Assembly: GCF_006345805.1 (NCBI RefSeq) | Contig: NC_043021.1 | Location: 5,084,001 to 5,148,000 of the forward strand | DNA: 64,000 nt | Source of the DNA: Octopus sinensis | Taxonomy: Eukaryota | Direction of reading: 5' to 3' | In this document: in pieces, positions 49,897 to 62,476 of the stretch | How positions within the stretch are numbered: the stretch's first letter is position 1 | Layout: each line of letters begins with the position of its first letter | Notes under the pieces: model-generated | The model's database searches: none | What the model was told of the DNA's origin: nothing | Seen by the model: only the letters and a program-made list of their open reading frames with translations | Translations under genes and position numbers: made by a program

Positions 49897-52344
49897 ATGT
49901 GAACAAAAAATCGACAACTGACTCTGCATCAGAAAAAGAGGATTTAAACGGTAACTCATTGGTCATCAGCAAGATACAATCAAACACAACTACTGATGCT
50001 GGACGAAATCAAGAGTTACAAACAGAGGGAATGGGGAAAGAACTGGACCAGAAGAGCTGCAAGCCAGCTGATTCGCAAGACTCTGCACAGAAGTCTCGCA
50101 AGGGCCGCAAAGGTCCTATAGTCTATGCTGAAGATATTCCAGATTATAGAGGAAAAGAGAAGATAGAGGATCTCTTGAACTTCATTGGGAAAAGCCCAAA
50201 CAATGACACTTTGAGCAAGGACAAAAAAAAGAAAAGTAAGAAAAAAGGCCTCCAAGGCCGTTCTTGCCGTTCGAGTGCAGAAAATAAGGATGAAAAAATC
50301 GAATTGTTGGAGTCTGATTCAACAGATCTTTATCCAGCCAAATCTTCCTCTTTGGATAAAGTATGTTGCAACTGCAATAACTCTGAGATTGATGACTGCC
50401 TCGGTGATGACAATGGTCAGGCTGATAATAGCATTGTTCTGAATCCGGAATATTCCTCTCCTAATTCTGCTGAGCCCTTTATTCTTGTGGAGAAGAAAAA
50501 CAAGAAACGGTTGAATGCAAACCTGAACCGACCGAATAAATTTGCGCCCAAGTCCCCCTACCGAAACCGAAAGCTAAGCTCGTCAGTCATGCATCCCCAC
50601 CAGCCTCACTGTAATGAAAAAACTGAGTTAGACTCTTCATATTCTGATTTAGAAGGTTCCTATAAAGCACGTCGCAACTCAACTGGCAATGTCCACATGC
50701 AGATGTCTACGGTGCAAAGTATAACTACAGAGGATAGTGATAATGAAAGTTGGACATCTTTACCGATTTCTCAGGTTTCTCAGGGAATCCAATTAATTAA
50801 TGAAAATAGTTACCCAATTTCCTATGCGAAGATAGCTGCTTTGAGCTTGCCTTTGTCAAACTCTCAGTCATTGAATCGTAATGTCCCATGTTCTGTGTCT
50901 AAAGCTGGAGAAAATGTTCCTGGGTGCAAAGAGACTAGTGCTGTTGTTAAAACCAACAGCATCAGTGTAATTAAAGACAATCAAGTTAGGCGTACCTCAA
51001 ACGGCAATGAGCAGAGTTGTTGTGGAAGTGACATAAGCACTGAGAATAGTGATAATAGTGCTAATTATTTATTGAAAGACAATGATAATTATTTAGATAG
51101 GAGGCATTCGGTTGGGGAGTGCATAGCTGACGGTACTTCAGTGAAAGAGCCCAAGGCTACTACCTCCACTCCAAAGAACCTACATCATGACAAGGGCCAA
51201 AAAGAGAATAAAAATGAGACCAAGGAACAAGATATTTCATTTTGTGATCATAAAACATCATCTATATATAAAAATATAGTTTCTGGTCTGTGTCTTAGCT
51301 CAACAGAAAACGGGGAGGAGAATTTTAATTTGTCACTTAATAATCTAAATAAAGCCAAGAACTTTAATAAAAGCAAACTAGTTTCTCATCACTCCCTTGT
51401 ACAACAACAACAGCACCAACAACAACAACAGCAGCAGTGTAATATTTACGTTAATAACAGTAATACAAAATGTAATATGACGGATATTCTTGCTGTGAAA
51501 TTTATCAATCCAAGAGATAAGAAGCACAATGACAAACAATATAAGATAACTTTTGGTTTTTTCTATGATCCAGACAATAAAAATGGTAGAAATACGACTG
51601 GAAGTGACACCATTATTGATGGTAGCAGCTGTCCTCTCTCTTCAGAACTTCCTACTTCATTGCCTGCCGAGCCCTTTTTGCCCAAGCAGGTATCAAACAA
51701 TAAAGATGAAGACCACAAGAAGTTAGAGGACAGAGCTGCAAAACCTGGGTGTAAAGAAGGCAACGGTGTTTTGAAATCATCTCATATTAATAATAATAAT
51801 AATAAAACAAATCCTGGTGACGAGGCTACAGGCAAAACCCCTCAACTTCCCGACGCAAACTGTGATTCAACTGAGAAGACTGTAAAAAATACTGAAGCTG
51901 TCAAATGTGTTAGCAAATTAAATGGAGTTGTTGTTCCCACCAACAAAAATTCTTTAGAAACCCATTCACTTCGAACAAATGAAACACCCGAGAGTGCCGC
52001 CATTTCAACTAGCTCCTCTCTACCAAACACAAGCAATTCCAAAACTGTGAGTCCCACTGCAGTCGATGACGAAAGACCCCACGGTTTGTCCAACATTCAG
52101 GGAAACAACAACAACCTCCACCACCATCACACAAGCAATAAAAAAACAATCCCCGACAGTAAATGCGGGGGAAATAACGGGGACAGTACAGTAAGGTCCT
52201 TGCAGGATAGCTTACAATTCATAGCCCTTTCGTATGGGGATAAAATCGAAAAGGACAATAAACAAAAGGTGATACATTTCCGGAGTGATGTGGCTGATAC
52301 CCAGCTCTTCAACCAACAGGAAATTTTATCCTATCTTAGCAATG
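49897..52344 (+). CDS. Large internal coding exon (2448 bp, 816 codons, phase 1-1) of an unidentified, largely disordered S/N/K-rich protein; flanking exons not identified
   Basis: Lies inside the 835-aa ORF 49866-52373. Polypyrimidine acceptor ttttcttttttgttgcAG ends at 49896; donor G|GTAAAT at 52345. No in-frame stop over 2.4 kb in otherwise stop-rich DNA. Contains poly-Q, poly-N and poly-H runs and short ordered-looking islands (IVYAEDIPDYRGKEKIEDLLNFIG; VIHFRSDVADTQLFNQQEILSYL). Confidence 0.9.
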
Positions 52345-52534
52345 GTAAATATAGGTTTTTTCTTTTTTTTTAAACTTTTTTGTCTCTGTTTCTCATAAAT
52401 AACCAAATTATTTTACTATTCAGATTGTCAGAATAAATGTTACCTTGATTAACCCTTTTCGTATATTAACCTGCCTCCCAGACTGCTTCTAGTTCTAAGG
52501 CAGAAAACATCTGCTTTAACTCTTCAGCATTTAA

Positions 52535-52755
52535 CCCTTTAGTGTTCGCATTATTCTACCAAAATTAATCCTTTTTCATCCACTTTGTTTTGAACTAATC
52601 ATGCATTATCTTGTAGCTTTGAGATTTCGATGAGGTAGCTGTTAATTTTTAAAACGATATTGTAGGGTTGGTGTGAGAGACCAGATCTAGCCAGTTTGAA
52701 CATAAAACAGGCAGAATACTTCTGGCCGGATATGGCCGGTTTAAATTCTAAAGGG
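52535..52755. mobile_element. MITE-A nested in the internal TTAA of an older MITE-A (about 52520-52900)
   Basis: TTAA at 52531-52534 and 52756-52759; host sequence resumes ACCAGCCAAATCTGGCC; inverted relative to 49482-49701. Confidence 0.9.
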
Positions 52756-53570
52756 TTAAACCAGCCAAATCTGGCCAAAGTAATCTGTTTTATGTTAAAC
52801 TGGTCAAATCTAGCTTCTCACACCTACCCTATAATGTCGTTCTAATCATAAACAATCACATCATCAAAGCTATGAGATAATGCATGATTAATTCAAACAG
52901 TAAAAGATCAGATATAAATTTCAAACGGGTGAATGTCTTCCATTCAATCTTTGAATGCTTTTTTTTTAGTGGAAGTTCATTTTGTTGCAAATGTTCAGAT
53001 CAGATCAGGTCAAATCCTTCCATGCATGCACACACACACACTTGTAGATGTTTGGATAATGCATTAATCCTGTCAATCTCACTCACCAGTTTGAGTGAAG
53101 ACAAATTACTCAGTTATTTAAAAAAAAAACCTAATTCTGATTTATCTTTGCCCACTACTGGTTCAATGAAATATATTCTAGTGTTTTGTTGTTTTTTTTT
53201 GCCCTTCTCATTGTTATCACCTGTTAACAAGCTTATACAATTGTGTGTGTGTGTGTATATAAAATGCACACATGGGTGCAAATGTGCATGTGTCCATATA
53301 CACATATATTATTGCAGGTGTAGCTGTGTGATTAAGTTTATTTCCCAACCATGTGGTCATGGTGAAATATCCTAGTTGGAAACAGACCTATTGACAAAAG
53401 TCTATAACAAATGGAATGACACAAACCTTTTATGAAGAACATTTTTGTAGCCAGAAGTGTAAGCACTTTCATTATACAGGATGAAAACTTCCTTCCAAGA
53501 AGTTCATGTCAATCTCTTTTGTTGTAAGATATTTTTCAAGAAAATCCTTTAAATATTGTAACAGCATCTC

Positions 53571-53798
53571 TTTACTCTTTTACTCTTTTACTTGTTTCAG
53601 TCATTTGACTGCGGCCATGCTGGAGCACCGCCTTTAGTCGAGCAAATCGACCCCCGGGACTTATTCTTTGTAAGCCCAGTACTTATTCTATCGGTCTCTT
53701 TTGCCGAACTGCTAAGTGACGGGGACGTAAACACACCAGCATCGGTTGTCAAGCAATGGTAGGGGGACAAACACACACAAACATATACACACACATGC

Positions 53799-53858
<60 letters not shown>

Positions 53859-54020
53859 GATGGGCTTCTTTCAGTTTCCGTCTACCAAATCCACTCACAA
53901 GGCATTGGTCGACCCGGTGCTATTGCAGAAGACACTTGCCCAAGATGCCACACAGTGGGACTGAACCCGGAACCATGTGGTTGGTTAGCAAGCCACTTAC
54001 CACACAGCCACTCCTGCGCC
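53571..54020 (-). mobile_element. SINE-A
   Basis: Full-length match. Confidence 0.9.
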
Positions 54021-54827
54021 TATTATTTTTTTTACAAAAACTTAAAATGAGTGTGTGTGTGTATGTGTGTAAATACACACAAATACACCTCTGCATACCT
54101 GTCAGCAAATGTGGTCAGTTGCCAGAGTCATTAAGGCATCAGATAGAAGTGTAGATATTTTCCCTGGGTTCACTTTGCCTTTCATTGTTTCGGAGTTGAT
54201 AAATAAAAAAAAAAGACAGTACCAACCTACTACAGGTGTAGTCCTCCTCTCCCTCTGGCTATCATAGCCTGAATATTTCACTAAACAGTAGGTAGAATGG
54301 CCAAGACAGAGCATCAGTGTCTGCTCACAGTTACATCCATGGATATTTATAGCCATTAGTAGAAGCATGGTACATGCTACTAAGTCTTGCTCAGCTACAA
54401 ATGACAACTGTTGTTACAGGTTCAATCCCACTATGTGGCACCTTTGGCAAGTGTCTACTATTATAGATCTGGGCTATCCAAAACCTTGTGGGCGGATTTG
54501 ATACTCAGAAAGTGAAAGAAACCCATGGTGTGTGTGTATAGGCTTGTGTTTAGACGGGTTGACATATTCTGGTGAGCCACAGGACTACATTATGTTCCAT
54601 GTCAGCTTTGACATGGCTTCTACAGCTGGATGCATTTCTTAATGCCAACCACTTTTGCACTGGGTGCTTTTTTTTCCATGCCAACAGCACTGGTGAGATT
54701 GCCAAGTAACTCGCAAAACAAAAGTGAAAAAGCCCTCGACTAAGTGGAAGGATTATTTGAATGTAGGGCGAGATGGTTTTTATTCCAGGGACAAATATAG
54801 GTGTATTCCTATAGAGAATATATTTGG

Positions 54828-55021
54828 CTATCTATCTATCCGCTCAGTCGAAGTCGACTCTCGGTTACTCGATGGATCAGTGTCCTCCAGTCAGTTCTAT
54901 CCTGGGCCGCTTCTTTCAGATTGGCTATGTCCATTCCGGTATCACTCTTGATGGTGTCAAGCCAGCGGGTTCTTGGTCGGCCTCTTCCTCTCTTGCCACT
55001 GACCATTCCGAGCATGATATG
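54828..55021 (-). mobile_element. RTE (BovB-like) LINE 3' end
   Basis: Reverse strand encodes IMLGMVSGKRGRGRPRTRWLDTIKSDTGMDIANLKEAAQDRTDWRTLIHRVTESRLRLSG*; (GATA)n tail. Confidence 0.85.
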
Positions 55022-55082
55022 TGGCTATCCTGCATTATATAAGGGTGAGAGTAGCTGGAAAGTGTGTCTCCTTGTTTCAAAG

Positions 55083-55295
55083 TGTCACTTATTCAAGGAG
55101 CATCGTTTAGCGTCTGCTTTCCATGCTGGTATGGGTTGGACGGTTCAACTGGGGTCTGGGAAGCCAGAAGGCTGCACCAGGCCCAGTCTGATCTGGCAGT
55201 GTTTCTACGGCCAGATGCCCTTCCTAACGCCAACCACTCTGTGAGTGTAGTGGGTGCTTTTTACGTGCCACCGGCACAGGTGCCAGACGAGGCTG
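55083..55295 (-). mobile_element. SINE-C (1 unit)
   Basis: Tail and body match. Confidence 0.8.
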
Positions 55296-55989
55296 CATTA
55301 ATTTTCAATATTCTGGCCATCAGGAAATATCACCTTGCTTGGAAACAGGTATGAGTTGTTGACAGGAAGTGCATCCAGCTGTAGAAAATATGCAACAATA
55401 AATTCTGTCCAATTCGTGCAAACAGAAAAATGAACATTAAACCAATGATGATGATGATGATGGTGATATAATCAGTTGAAATTATAGTGTGCAGCAATCA
55501 CTGCAGAGTGGTGATTCAGTCAGTATTATCATCATCATATTTGACATTCCTTTCACAGTACTACTATGGAATGAAAAAAAAAAAACCTGCATAACTGCAC
55601 CAACACACCTCATGTATCCCTATTATTTGTGTAGCTTTCTGTGCAGTTTGTTAAGTCCCAGGTCAGTTCTTACTGGCTTGACCTGTAATAAAAGGAAAGT
55701 GTTCTAGACGTGACAAGCTGGGTTATTGTTTGTTTTGAGACATTGTATATCTAGCACTGTGTTATTATCTAAGGTGTCCTTCCTTCCTGTAAAGAGAGTA
55801 GTAATGTGATTTGGCATTTTGTGTTATTTCTAGAAGTAAATTTTTTATGATTGAAGTGGGCTGCTTGCTTGTTTCAATCATTGGATTGCAGCCATGCTGA
55901 GACACTGCTTTGAAGAATTTATTCAAATAAATCGACCCCAAGAATAAGTAGACTTTACAATAAGTTCATTTATTCTAGACTTGTCTTAA

Positions 55990-56203
55990 CCCTTTTGTTA
56001 CCAACCCGGCTGAAACCGGCTCTGGCTCTGAGTACAAAAGTCTTGTTTGAATAAGTTTTGAATTAAAAATCTTCCACCAAACATTAGTCACAATTTATGT
56101 TCCTAACACTAGATTAATGATAACTAAGTTATTTTACTAAATTCTTTGTTATATCTAAAATAATCGAGAGAAACACAGAGCATCTCAAAATAAATACAGT
56201 AAC
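55990..56203. mobile_element. MITE-B, right TIR incomplete
   Basis: TTAA-CCCTTTTGTTACC start and family body. Confidence 0.85.
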
Positions 56204-56940
56204 AGTCTAGAATATTCTTTCTTAAAATATTTTAGACTTTAAGTCTAATAATTCCATCTTTGGCAAAGATAAAATAATTATGACAAAGAGTTATTCTATC
56301 AACTCTTTTGCTAAACCTGCAGGGTTGTAAATAAACCAGTACCAGGTGTCACTGGACACGGACACACACAGATACACACACATTGAATTATCAAGATCAC
56401 ATGCTGGTTTAATGAGTCATGCTCATATCCATATTGTTTTTGGCGGCCTGAGGAGTCACCAGATGAAGTAAATGAATTATAAACATTGGTGAATGGTAGT
56501 AATAGTAGTATAAGGATGTTGTTGGTTATCCATTTGGTTGGAGGTTTTTTTTTTTTGTCTGTCTTCTAACTCAACACTCATATGTACACATATACAAACA
56601 CGACAGGCTTCTTTCAGTTTCCATCTATCAAATCCACTCACAAGGCTTTGGTCAGCCCAGAGTTATAGAAGACATTTGCCCAAGATGCCAACTGTGATGG
56701 CAAATCTATTGTTGTGAGGGTGTTGAAGAATTATTCTTAGGAGTCTGAAAATAGATGCTGGATTCTCAGTGTTATATAAGAATGTAATGTTAAAACTGCA
56801 AAATTATCTGGTCACCAGCTTTAGCACAAAGGCTGCAGTGCTCCTGTTTTTGTTTCAGTTTATTTTGGCATTATTACGCTGATGTTTGAAATACATTAAC
56901 ATGAAATTTTGCTAGAAGGTTCTACTTTATGTGACTTTAA

Positions 56941-57159
56941 CCCTTTAGTATTTAAACCGGCCATATCCGGCCAAAATAGTTAATCTGTTTTATGTTCAAA
57001 CTGACCAGATCCAGGCTCTCACACCTACCCTACAATGTTATTCTACATTAAGTAATTACACCATCAAGATCTTGAAGATATGAGAAAATGCATGATTAAT
57101 TCAAATCAATGGGAATCAATAGGCATTATGTTTGATAGAATAATCAGAACACTAAAGGG
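56941..57159. mobile_element. MITE-A
   Basis: TTAA-CCCTTTAG...CTAAAGGG-TTAA; 219 bp. Confidence 0.9.
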
Positions 57160-57409
57160 TTAAAAACAGTTTGTATCATAAATCAGGGGTGGCTTCAGAC
57201 AGCTTTTGAATAAGAAGGACTCAATGAATGAGATAAGGAAAAAACAGTTTTTTCAATGTTGTCAATGTGAAAATTTAACTTTCATTTTTTTCTTTTTTTT
57301 TTTTTCTTTTCTTTTCTGAAAGAAAGATTTAATGCTTCAGGAAGGGTGATTCTTCACCATTAAAAAAAGCTAATACATGAATTACAAGCATTGTGGGTGG
57401 GGAGCCAAG

Positions 57410-57443
<34 letters not shown>

Positions 57444-57942
57444 TAGTGGACACCTGATCATCACTGTCCATCTCCTTGGAATACCTTTAATTCATTCTCG
57501 CTCTCTCTTAAACGTAGGTAGGTATGTTACCCCACTACCCAAAACCTTTTCCCCCTCATACTTTAGCCACCATCTAACATATGAACACTGCATCCTCCTT
57601 CCCTGGGTTTGTTAACTTGCAAGCTACACAGGGACTGCATTAGTGTCAGTGGCCCAAAAATAGCACCCAGTACACACTATAGTGGTTGGCATTAGGAAGG
57701 GTATCCAGCTATAGAAATCACGACAAAACAGACATTTGAATATGATGCAGTCTTTCATTCATTGGATCCTTGTCAAATCATCCAACCTATGCCAGCATGG
57801 AATACAGACATTAAATGATTGTATATATATATATATATATATAAAAAATCACTTTTGGAATGGTTAGTGTTAGGAAGGGCATCAAGCTGTAGAAACATTG
57901 CTAGATCAGATTGGAAAGCGGACATTAAACGATGATGATATA

Positions 57943-58520
57943 CTAGAAGAGATACCTGTCCTTGCTCGGGATTAAAATGGCATAGTTTTTTTTTTAGTTT
58001 TAATTGTTTCAATTGTGACTGTGGCCATTCTGGAGCACCGCCTTTGGTAAAAAAAATCGACTACAGTATTTATTTTTTGTAAGCCTAATACTTATTCTAT
58101 TAGTGTCTTTTGCTGAAATGCTGTTATGGGAACATAAACACAGCAACATCAGTTGTCAAGCAATGGTTGGATACAAACACACACGCGCGCGCGCGCGCGC
58201 ACATATATATACAAACATAAATACATATTGAAAGTAATAGAAATGAAACTAATATATTCAGATACATAATGAAAGTGAAATTGAAACCACATAATAGTGA
58301 AAGTATTAAGAGAGATGCTATTGTTTCACTTTTGACATGTGATACTGAAACTGTAAGAGATAAGAGATTGCTCTGGGCTCGCATTAGGTGTGAAGTCAAA
58401 GATTTTTTTGTCCCATGCCACTGCATGGACCCTAAATAAGGCATATGTAAAATTTGAATGGAATCTGTTGGGTAGTTCTCGAGTTTTAGTGATGCACAAC
58501 ACATTCTCAGTTTTATATAT
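57943..58520 (-). mobile_element. Older non-autonomous Helitron with a SINE-A fragment inside
   Basis: Reverse-strand 3' end CCCGAGCAAGGACAGG..CTAG|T at 57943; TATATATAAAACTGAGAATGTG 5'-like end near 58520. Confidence 0.6.
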
Positions 58521-58521
58521 A

Positions 58522-58950
58522 TCTACTACTTATGTGGAAAATCGGTGTGTTTGTTTGTGGCATTGTTAGCTAACTCCTACATCGTTTTATTGATTTTGAT
58601 GAAACTTGACACATGAGTAGAACTCGTGTCTGAAAACCTCGTGATGTATTTAGATTGTTGAAAAAATCAATAATACGGCCCCTGGAAGGGACCTTTATAT
58701 CTACCTCAAAACTTTTTTTTAAACACCCAAGGGAAATAACCCATAGCACCTGTACAATATTTTTTTTAAACTCAGGGGAAATGACCCATTTCATTGTTTA
58801 TGTTTGATTTCTTTGAATATTGATTTTTTTTGTGTGTCCTATTTCTAATTTTTGCAAACAATATCACTTTTATACTTTATTTAACACGTGAGTAGAATTC
58901 ATGTCTGGAAATCTCATGACATACTTAGATTATTGAAAAAAATTGATAAT
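58522..58950 (+). mobile_element. Probable Helitron 5' part with an internal ~280-bp-spaced direct repeat
   Basis: A|TCTACTAC start; ACA(C/T)GTGAGTAGAA..AAAAAAT..ATAAT..GGCCC repeated near 58610 and 58885; no 3' end found. Confidence 0.4.
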
Positions 58951-59079
58951 AGGGCCCTTCTGATGTATCCTATCTATTACATGTTATTAATATTTTATTT
59001 AACCCTTTAGTGTTCAGATTTACTCTGTTAAATGTAATACTTTTTCACTCATTGTTTTGAATTAATCATGCATTATCTA

Positions 59080-59128
<49 letters not shown>

Positions 59129-59944
59129 ACAACCAGCGCTGTCCACAATTTTCAGTTGCTTAAAAGCTAAAGCTAGAATCCCTTTATAAGGTATCTCAAA
59201 CTGCTAGAAATAGCAGCCTAATCTTCCTAAAAATCGCACTGCCATTTTGAAGAAACATTTTGAATGTGATCTTGGATGTACTGTCTGAAACTAAGATGGA
59301 ACTGTCATAGTTGGAATGCTGTTGATCCTACTAGGTCTACTGGATCAGAGATGATAGGAAGCTGAATAACAACTGCTCTTTTCAAGACAAATTGTCTCTA
59401 CGTGGATGAACAACTTGCTTGAAATAGAATCCAAATCATACAACACACTAGCTTAAAAAAGAAAGATATAAATATATATAAACATTTCTCTGTGTCATAT
59501 AGATGTATAGATTTCTTATAAACAAACAGGTGTGTGTCTGTACATATATATATATATGCATATATATATATATTTACTCCTCCAGCTCTGCCACATGCCA
59601 CTTCTAACTTAATACTGATTTCAATATTTGGCTCAAGGGCAGCCGTTTTGGTAGACAAAAACTGAAAGAAGCCTGTCATAAGTGTTTGTCCCTTGCCACT
59701 GCTTGACAATTGGTGATGGTTTGTTTGCATTCCTCGATACCTAGTAGTTTGACAAAAGAAACTGATGGAATAAGTACCAGGTTTAACCCATAACTATTCA
59801 AACCATCCACATGCAGCCAAAATATTCTGTTTTATGTTCAAAGCAGCCAGATCCAGCCTCTCACACCTACCCTACAATGTCCTTCCAAAAATAAACAACC
59901 ACATTATGAAAATTTCCAAGCCACTATTGTATTAATTCAAAGCA

Positions 59945-60247
59945 ATCATCATTTAACGTCCGCTTTCCATGCTAGCATGTGTTGGACGGTTCAACTGGGG
60001 TCTGTGAAGCCAGAAGTCTGCTTCAGGCCCAGTCTGATCTGGCAGTGTTTCTACGGCTGGATGCCCTTCCTAACGCCAACCACTCCGTGAGTGTAGTGGG
60101 TGCTTTTTACGTGGCAGACGGCCACGGACGGATGGTGCTTTTTACGTGCCACCGGCACAGGGGCCAGTCGAGACTGGCAACGGCCACGAACGGATGGTGC
60201 TTTTTACGTGACACCAGCATGGGGGCCAGGCGAGGCTGGCAACGGCC
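59945..60247 (-). mobile_element. SINE-C inserted into a MITE-A
   Basis: Host MITE-A (about 59787-60299) is interrupted after AAAGCAAT and resumes at CAATGTGAATAA. Confidence 0.85.
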
Positions 60248-60379
60248 AATGTGAATAAATAAGCATTACATTTGACAGAATAATCTGAACGCTAAAGGGT
60301 TAGAAAAAGTATAAATACTGGGATTGATTCATTTGACTAGTCCAATGACTGAAGCAAGTGAATGAGACACACACACACA

Positions 60380-60605
60380 AGTGAGCACGTAAGTGCAAAA
60401 TAAGGTGGAAGTAAAATAGTACTCGATTACCAAAGGTAGAGCAATGTACTTTTAATTAAAGCTGCAAAATTATCACAGAGCTCTTACTCAGTTTCATATT
60501 CCCATTCATTGGACTGTTGTGTTAAACCTACAACTGTTCGACGAACAGGAATTTGAAATTCTGAGTAACAGTTCTGTGATAATTTTGCAGCTTTAATAAA
60601 AAGTA
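60380..60605. mobile_element. Second copy of the 23034-23283 fold-back family
   Basis: Same leader (AAGGTGGAA..AGTACTC..GGTAGAG); arms 60447-60519 / 60531-60605; TCGACGA..GAAA..GAGTA-ACAG core. Confidence 0.65.
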
Positions 60606-60613
60606 TATATATA

Positions 60614-60837
60614 TATTTCTTTACTGCCCACAAGGGGCTAAACATAGAGGGGACAGACAAGGACAGACAAAGGGATTAAGTCGATTACATCGCCCCCAGT
60701 GCGAAACTGGTACTTTATTTAATCGACTCCAAAAGGATAAGTCGACCTCAGCGGAATTTGAACTCAGAACGTAACAACAGACGAAATACCGCTAAGCATT
60801 TCGCCCGGCGTGCTAACGATTCTGCCAGCTCGCCACC
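60614..60837 (-). mobile_element. SINE-B
   Basis: Full length. Confidence 0.9.
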
Positions 60838-60853
60838 TTAAAAAGTATATATA

Positions 60854-61110
60854 CAGTGGTTGGACAAAATAATGGAAACACCTTATAATATTAAATTTAT
60901 TTTAATGAGATAGAACCACCTTTGGCAGTAATTACAGCTTGAATTCTATGAGATATGGACTCATACAAAGTTTGAATTGTTTCCAAAGGAATTTTTGTCC
61001 ATTCTTCAGCTAAAACAATCTCCAGTTCATGTAGTGATGATGGTGGAGGATATTGACCCCTTACTTGTTTTTCTAAATTGCACCATAAATCCAGAGAGGT
61101 GTGCTCTTCA
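60854..61110 (-). mobile_element. Tc1/mariner relic: one TIR and transposase C-terminus
   Basis: TA-CAGTGGTTGGACAAAATAATGGAAACACC end; reverse strand encodes LWCNLEKQVRGQYPPPSSLHELEIVLAEEWTKIPLETIQTLYESISHRIQAVITAKGG. Confidence 0.85.
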
Positions 61111-61410
61111 ACAGCATGACATAGAATATGACAAGGTTGGTCCTTTGAAATACAGGTACTAATCATTTTTATCAGCTGAGTGGACTGGAGCAACATGAAA
61201 TAAAATGTCTTGCTCAAGGACACAACATGCCACTTGGTATTGAACTCATGACCATATGTTCTTGAACCCACTACCCTAATCACTAAATCAAGCCACTTGC
61301 TAATCAGTTTTAAGGATAAGCCAATAATAGAGCTTGCCCTGTTTGTTTATATTTTGAAAATGTACACATAGGCACAGGGGTAGCTGTGTGGTAAGCAGTT
61401 TGTTTCCCAA

Positions 61411-61612
61411 GGCAGTGAGCTGGCAGAATCGTTAGCACGCCGGACAAAATGCTTAGTGCCATTTCATCTGTTTTTATGTTCTGAGTTCAAATTCCGCCGA
61501 GGTCAACTTTGCCTTTCATCCTTTCAGGGTCGTTTAAATAAGTACCAATTATGCACTGGGGTCGATGTAATCGACTTAATCCCTTTGTCTGTCCTTGTTT
61601 GTCCCCTCTGTG
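61411..61612 (+). mobile_element. SINE-B
   Basis: Head and body; tail truncated. Confidence 0.85.
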
Positions 61613-61814
61613 TGTAATGAAAAAATAGTTTCACCATTCCATAGCAAAACCTACACTTTTTCAATTTTTCATATCTTGGCATCTGAAGCAGCTGGGGATA
61701 GAATAATTTGACTAAAAAAGAATCGGTTATTGCAATCAAAAATAAATATTGGTAAAAAAAAACAAAAAAAACCCGTGTTTGGACATACGACAGTTTAACA
61801 TAATAGCAATGATA

Positions 61815-61848
<34 letters not shown>

Positions 61849-62245
61849 TATGGCTGTGTTAAGAAGTTTGCTTCTCAACCACTTCCTTTTGGATTCAGTC
61901 CCACTGCATGGCACCTTGAGCAAGTATTTTCTATAGCCCCAGGCCAACCAAACACTTGTGAGTGGATCTGGTAGATGAAAACTGTAAGAAGCCTATTGTA
62001 TATATGTGCATGTATTTGTTATTGTCTCCTTGCCATGACGTGTGATAATCATGAACAAGTGTCATACAAGCAGTTTTTTCATTTCCAGTGTTCTGTGGAA
62101 ATATGTCTAGCCATGGAAAATTATTTTACTTGGCAACAGGAAGGGGCATCCTGCTGTTGGAAATCTGCCCCTACAAGTCCAATCTGATTTTATGCAAACA
62201 TGTAACAGTGAATGTTGAAATAATTTTATATATATATATATATAT

Positions 62246-62476
62246 GGTGGTGATCTGGCAGAAACGTTAGCACGCCGGGCGAAATGCGTACCCGTATTTT
62301 GTCTGTCGTTACGTTCTGAGTTCAAATTCCACCGAGGTTGACTTTGCCTTTCGTCCTTTCGGGGTCGATAAATTAAGTACCAGTTGCGCACTGGGGTTGA
62401 TGTAATCGACTTAATCCCTTTATATGTCCTTGTTTGTTCCCTCTGTGTTTAGCCCCTTGTGGGTAGTAAAGAAATA
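62246..62476 (+). mobile_element. SINE-B
   Basis: Full length. Confidence 0.9.
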
